Origin: Bradymonadia bacterium | GTDB lineage: Bacteria; Myxococcota_A; Bradymonadia; UBA7976; UBA1532 | Assembly (NCBI GenBank): GCA_046290225.1 | Contig: JBKAGE010000038.1 | Coordinates: forward strand, 96,001-160,000 | Direction of reading: 5' to 3' | Length of the DNA stretch: 64,000 nucleotides | In this document: positions 59,358-64,000 of the stretch, piece by piece | Numbering within the stretch: the stretch's first letter is position 1 | Layout of the letters: the number at the start of each line of letters is the position of its first letter | Program-made: the position numbers and the translations under genes | The notes under the pieces: model-generated | Database searches by the model: none | Seen by the model: the letters and a program-made list of their open reading frames with translations, nothing else | Told to the model about the DNA's origin: nothing

Positions 59358-61022
59358 TCATCGCCGAGGTGGTCGTTTCATCTGGTGATATCGAGGCCCC
59401 GACCAGATCTGCGCATAGACACGGCCCTCGATCTTCACCTCGTGCAACAGTGTCTTGCCATACCGTTTGAAGTGCCCCGACCACCACCTCCGCTGTCGGA
59501 TGGAGAGGTAGTACACGAGGTAGTCGGCCTCTTTGTGTGACTTCACCCTCTGCATGGCGGGCAGGTAGGGCCTCAGGGTCTGGTGCATACCCGACCAGAC
59601 CTTGGGCCGAGCCTTGGGCCCGGCATCCTCGCTGATCCATGCGCCGACCTCCCGCATACCCTCACCCCAGCCCATTTGAATGGCCTCTTCTGCGGGGATC
59701 GGCATCCACTCGGCGGCCCAGGCGATGGCGTACGGGTGCACCCTGATCAGACGCCCACTCCGGCCGAGGGCCAACATGCCCACGGCCAACGCCGAGATCC
59801 ACACCACCTGCCGTGAGATCTGCGGCCACCTCCGCCCAAGACGCCGCGCGGTGCGGATCACCCACCACAGGCCATAGGCCGCGAAGACGCTCATCAACGG
59901 CATGAAGGGCAACAGATAACGATCCATCTTCTTGGCCCCGAGAGTGAGGACCATGGCCATGGGCAGGTGCGCCAACAACAACCCCCACATGATCCCACGG
60001 ACGGGTACCCGGCGCGTATGACGGGTCATGGGGGTCAGCCGACTTCGTCGCCTCAGAGTGACCCACGCCCCCACGAGCATGGTGAGCAGGACCTCGGGGC
60101 TGGTCTTGTAGAGGGCGAGCACGGCATAGAACGACATGCCCGCGTCGGCATCCGAGGTCTCACCGAGGAAGAAGGTTCGATGGCCCTTCTTCACCAACGC
60201 CTCCCCTTCTTTGATCAGCCGCTCGATGATCTTCTCGGGCTGCTCCCACAGGGCGGGCCATACCGCATACACGACGGCAACGGCGACGAGGGTCATCAGG
60301 GCGAGCTGTGGCACGATCTTCCAACACCGCCATCGCCTGAAACCGCTTGGGTGGTTGAGCCACGCGCTGATGCACCAAAGGCCCCCACCGACGGCGATGG
60401 CGCCAGCGCTGATCTTGGTGAGTACGGCAAGGCCGAAACACACCCCAGCCACCCAAGCCCAACGCCACCGGCCTCGGCGCAGCATCAACGCCACAGCGAG
60501 GAGCCCGATCCACCCGAAGGCGGTGAGCAACTGGTCGAGATGCATGGTGCGGCTCAGCGCCACGAGGTAGGGCTCGGTGGCGATGATGAAGCCGGCGATG
60601 AAGGCAGGGGCGATGTGGCGCGGGCCCATGAGCCGCAGCCACATCACGCTGGTGAGGGGCGCAAGCAGGGCGCCGATGAGCGCCACGGGTGCGGCGCCAG
60701 CGGCCACATGGAGCGGCGTGGGGGTGGAGGTCCAGCCAGGGCCGTGCTCGAGGAATGGCCCTGCCAACCACATCAATGTGACGCCTGGGTGGGTCTTCTG
60801 AAAGGTCTTGTGCCACTGCTCTCGCTCGATGGCCTGCCAAAATCGTCGCGTCCGGCCCATCCATCCGTGGCCGGCATCGATGTTGAGGTAGGCGTCGAGA
60901 TCGGGCAGGCGCGCCCAGAGTGCAATGGCGGTGAGGGTGAGGGCGCCACAGGCGACGAGCAGACGCCGGCGCTGAGCGTGGGGGCGTCGAGCCCACCAGG
61001 CGGTGAGCCGAGGGAGGATCAC
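59358..61022 (-). CDS. GT-C (ArnT/PMT, GT39/83-like) membrane glycosyltransferase
   Basis: YLNID, THPGVTLMWL, SRTMHLD, GLAVLTK, DRYLLP; many TM helices. Confidence 0.8.
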   Translation of the reverse strand: MILPRLTAWWARRPHAQRRRLLVACGALTLTAIALWARLPDLDAYLNIDAGHGWMGRTRRFWQAIEREQWHKTFQKTHPGVTLMWLAGPFLEHGPGWTSTPTPLHVAAGAAPVALIGALLAPLTSVMWLRLMGPRHIAPAFIAGFIIATEPYLVALSRTMHLDQLLTAFGWIGLLAVALMLRRGRWRWAWVAGVCFGLAVLTKISAGAIAVGGGLWCISAWLNHPSGFRRWRCWKIVPQLALMTLVAVAVVYAVWPALWEQPEKIIERLIKEGEALVKKGHRTFFLGETSDADAGMSFYAVLALYKTSPEVLLTMLVGAWVTLRRRSRLTPMTRHTRRVPVRGIMWGLLLAHLPMAMVLTLGAKKMDRYLLPFMPLMSVFAAYGLWWVIRTARRLGRRWPQISRQVVWISALAVGMLALGRSGRLIRVHPYAIAWAAEWMPIPAEEAIQMGWGEGMREVGAWISEDAGPKARPKVWSGMHQTLRPYLPAMQRVKSHKEADYLVYYLSIRQRRWWSGHFKRYGKTLLHEVKIEGRVYAQIWSGPRYHQMKRPPRR

Positions 61023-61035
61023 TGATCGCGACCGA

Positions 61036-61767
61036 TCACTTGAAGTGGTACGCCACACCAATGGTGAAGAAAGCCTGGAACTCCCACTCGGTGCTGATCT
61101 CTCTGATGCGCGCAGTGTTCCCTTCGAGATCCACGGTGGGGTATCGATCGGTCACCTTCCGGGAGAAGCCCGGCGTCCAGTTGCCTCGGAACGCGATGGG
61201 GATGCGGATGTCAGCGTCGGAGACGGGCAGGATGATGTCCATACCGAGCCCGAACCCCAGAGCGGTGTAGAAGTCGGCGCTGGCGCTCTTGAGATCAGTG
61301 ATGCTGCCCGCATCGACCTCGGAGCTCACGGGGATCACGAACTCGGGGCCCACCATCAAGAAGGGCCGTGTGGTCCGATAGGGGATGGCGGCCTTGACCA
61401 TCAACGGGATGTGGATCGACGACTGACTCAAGGTGACGTCGACATCGAGAGCACCAAAGTCATAAGTACCCGTGCCCCGCTCGGCCATGTAGAGCAGATC
61501 GAGTTCGAGGCCGATGGCGCCCCGGTACATGTAGGCGAAGGAGAGGCCACCGCCACCACCGACGCCGGCAAAGCCGGGGTAAGGCAGCTGAGCGTTCTCG
61601 TAGGCTTTCTCTTCTTCAGAGGGCTCGCCGATGAAGCTGCCGTTCACCAGCCCCATGGCGCCGATGCCGAACTCGTGCTTCCGCGCTTTTTTGGCCTGGG
61701 CCTGACCCGCAGCGAGCAGGAGGCCAAAGGCCACACATGATGTGGTGATGAGTGTGGTGAGTTTCAT
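61036..61767 (-). CDS. Small outer-membrane beta-barrel protein
   Basis: Signal peptide, LELDLLY, IHIPLMVKA, PFLMVGP, terminal IGVAYHF. Confidence 0.8.
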   Translation of the reverse strand: MKLTTLITTSCVAFGLLLAAGQAQAKKARKHEFGIGAMGLVNGSFIGEPSEEEKAYENAQLPYPGFAGVGGGGGLSFAYMYRGAIGLELDLLYMAERGTGTYDFGALDVDVTLSQSSIHIPLMVKAAIPYRTTRPFLMVGPEFVIPVSSEVDAGSITDLKSASADFYTALGFGLGMDIILPVSDADIRIPIAFRGNWTPGFSRKVTDRYPTVDLEGNTARIREISTEWEFQAFFTIGVAYHFK

Positions 61768-61957
61768 ACATGCTCCTCACTGGCAGTCGCTCTGCAGGCA
61801 GATTCGGGAGCTACATAGCACACACACAGCCTCAGTGGTACGACAGGGAAGACGCCCTGCAATGTGCCTGACTGTGACTCTGATATGAACCATGATGGAT
61901 GTTGATGTTGAGTGTGGGACCACGACGAGCCATCGACGATCCATTTGAAAGGCGCTC

Positions 61958-63076
61958 ATGATTCTTCAGCTGCTCGCCCTCGCCACCACTCTGCTCACGC
62001 CCCCGCCCCCGCTGGTCTTCAAGGGGCCGATCGTGCAACAGGTCACGACCACTTCGGCCAAATTGCTCTGGGAAGCCACCGACAAGGGCCCGTTCAAGGT
62101 GATCATCGGCAGCGAGGCAGGGCGACGGGACATCCCCATCGAGGCCACGGGGCCATTCCCCGCCATGGTCTCGGTCCCCATCGAGGGTCTCAAACCCGGC
62201 TCGACGTATACATGGGGCCTGCTCGGCGGCACACCGGAGCGCCCCATCAAGCAAGGCACCGTCACCACTCAGGGTCCATCGAACCGACCGTTCACTTTCA
62301 TGGTCTACGGCGACAACCGCTCTGATCATCGCGCCCACACGGGGGTGGTCGAAGCCATGGCCAAAGAGAAGGCCGACTTCTGGATCAACACGGGCGATCT
62401 GGTGGCGGTGGGCGCTCGCCCACGAGACTGGCAGATCTTCTTCGCCATCGAGGGGCGACACCTGGCGTCAACCCCCATGTGGCCGGTCATCGGCAACCAC
62501 GAGGTGGTGGGCCAGGGTCACAGGCTGTTCCAGCGCTACTTCGATCTGCCCGGGAACGAGCTCTACTACGCCATGACCTGGGGCAACGTTCGCTTTGTCT
62601 TCATCGACACGTACGTGCACGTCGATCAGGGCGCCCCCAATGCTGCTCAACAGGCGTTTTTGCTCGAAGAGGTCGAGAAGGCGAAGGCGGATCCCAAGAT
62701 CGATCACATCATCGGGGTGGCGCACGCGGGGCCCTACAGCAGCAATCCCCACCGCCATGGCAACCCGCCTCTTCGCCCTCTCCTGAAGAAGCTGAAGGCG
62801 GCTGGCATGAAGGCCCTGCTCGCGGGCCATGATCATTTCTACGAGCGCGGCACCACCGACGACGGTCTGCCCTATCTGGTGGTGGGCTGCGGTGGCGCGC
62901 CGCTCTACCCCACGGTGGGCCCTGGCAAGCACGATGGATACACGGCCCACGCCAGCCGCAGCACCTACGGTTACGTGCGCATGCACAGCGCTGGGCCAGT
63001 GCTCAAGGGCTGCGCCGTCGATCTGGACGGCACGGCCTTCGACTGTTTTTCTATCTCCGGCGCTCCGGCCCCGTGA
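61958..63076 (+). CDS. Purple-acid-phosphatase-like metallophosphoesterase with N-terminal FN3-like domain
   Basis: GLKPGSTY, YGD, TGDLV, GNHE, GHDHFYER. Confidence 0.92.
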   Translation: MILQLLALATTLLTPPPPLVFKGPIVQQVTTTSAKLLWEATDKGPFKVIIGSEAGRRDIPIEATGPFPAMVSVPIEGLKPGSTYTWGLLGGTPERPIKQGTVTTQGPSNRPFTFMVYGDNRSDHRAHTGVVEAMAKEKADFWINTGDLVAVGARPRDWQIFFAIEGRHLASTPMWPVIGNHEVVGQGHRLFQRYFDLPGNELYYAMTWGNVRFVFIDTYVHVDQGAPNAAQQAFLLEEVEKAKADPKIDHIIGVAHAGPYSSNPHRHGNPPLRPLLKKLKAAGMKALLAGHDHFYERGTTDDGLPYLVVGCGGAPLYPTVGPGKHDGYTAHASRSTYGYVRMHSAGPVLKGCAVDLDGTAFDCFSISGAPAP

Positions 63077-63724
63077 GCGGCCGTCTGCGTCGCGATGCGC
63101 AGCGCTCAGGCGGCGCTTCCCTCCTCGACGATGCTTCCAGCATCGCCTGCGGGTGAATCACCACCTGCGCACTACGCCTCACGACGCAGTCGACCACTCA
63201 CGTGACCTCCGCGCCTCCGTGGGCTGGCCAGATGGGGGGGAGGAGTTGGGGTTGGGGTTGGGGGCGCAGGTGTCAGTGGTATCAGGCCATTGGATGGGCC
63301 TGATATGTATGTGTCAGAGAGGCGCTGTGCATGTACCCCGCCAGAGCGGCGGCTTCGATCAAAAGCTCTTGCTGTCGTAAGGGGCACAGACCTTCGTGCA
63401 GCCAACTCGACTGAACATAGCTGGAGAGTGGTGACAGTCAGCGCTGTTGCCGTTGTGGGGTCCACGAATCTTCATGCAAACGTTGTGAAGAAGAGAGACC
63501 CGTAGCCAGGAGATCCCACAGAGCCCTTTCAAAGCCGTAATCCACGTATGCACGTGCTCCGCGGAGGCGTGGAGGTTCTGGGGGTCGTCAGCTGAGGGGT
63601 GAGTTGGTGTGCAGTCGTGGTGGCAAAAGCGCAGGCGCAGCAGCGCTGCGTCGAGCATTTTGGCGCCGCGAATGTGCGCCAAATCGCCGCTCAGATGGCG
63701 GCCCACAGAGCCGGAGCGCCGGAG

Positions 63725-64000
63725 CTAGAGCAACAAACACTGGAAGGAGCCGAGGAGGCAGACGAAGTCATCGCCCATGGCTGCGTTGGCGAGATCGATG
63801 TAGCACTGAGCCTGAGCCTGGGCCGCAGCAGGATCTTGAGCGAGCAGGTTGCGGCAGCTGTCGAGGTAGGCCTGCTCACCGCCGACGAGATCTTGGAGGT
63901 TGCAGTCCAAGATGGCAGCGAAGCCGTCAGTGCAGATGTCGGCAGGGTTGTCGAAACAGGCCTCGATCTCCTCCGCAGAGCAGCCCGCCATGCGGGCGTC
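63725..64000 (-). CDS. C-terminal part of a Cys-containing hypothetical protein (likely starts beyond the window)
   Basis: Frame is open to the right edge; spaced cysteines; stop at 63725. Confidence 0.6.
   Translation of the reverse strand, partial: DARMAGCSAEEIEACFDNPADICTDGFAAILDCNLQDLVGGEQAYLDSCRNLLAQDPAAAQAQAQCYIDLANAAMGDDFVCLLGSFQCLLL

Noticed and set aside
63172..63706. Short ORFs or ncRNA between the phosphoesterase and the last gene
   Set aside because: No motifs, weak coding signal and no convincing structure; left unannotated.

Overview
High-GC, gene-dense chromosomal segment with about 50 CDSs. It looks like Myxococcota or Bradymonadia-like deltaproteobacteria, an inference from two eukaryote-like Ser/Thr kinases (one with PEGA-like repeats), a TSP3-OmpA protein, Gly/Met-rich and Cys-rich lipoproteins and a Myxococcus-type LexA-like box. 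Housekeeping loci are cinA-(2H-like)-recA, gshA, rpsB-tsf-pyrH-frr, glgC-GH57 and purine nucleoside phosphorylase. I saw no rRNA, tRNA, CRISPR array, transposase, integrase or prophage gene. Three things stand out. (1) An unannotated ~435-bp mirror-symmetric non-coding element at 35381-35817: two head-to-head arrays of a 12-bp repeat (CGTCCGCTACAG), each copy separated by a different short hairpin, the whole able to fold back with G-U-compatible substitutions. (2) A putative trans-envelope electron conduit: a cNMP-domain/4x[4Fe-4S]/membrane fusion protein, a 30-heme cytochrome and an outer-membrane beta-barrel, preceded by a Cys-rich lipoprotein. (3) A sulfur-related operon with a desaturase-rhodanese fusion and a single-chain Mo sulfite dehydrogenase-cytochrome c fusion. 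All calls come from motif reading only; no database searches were run.
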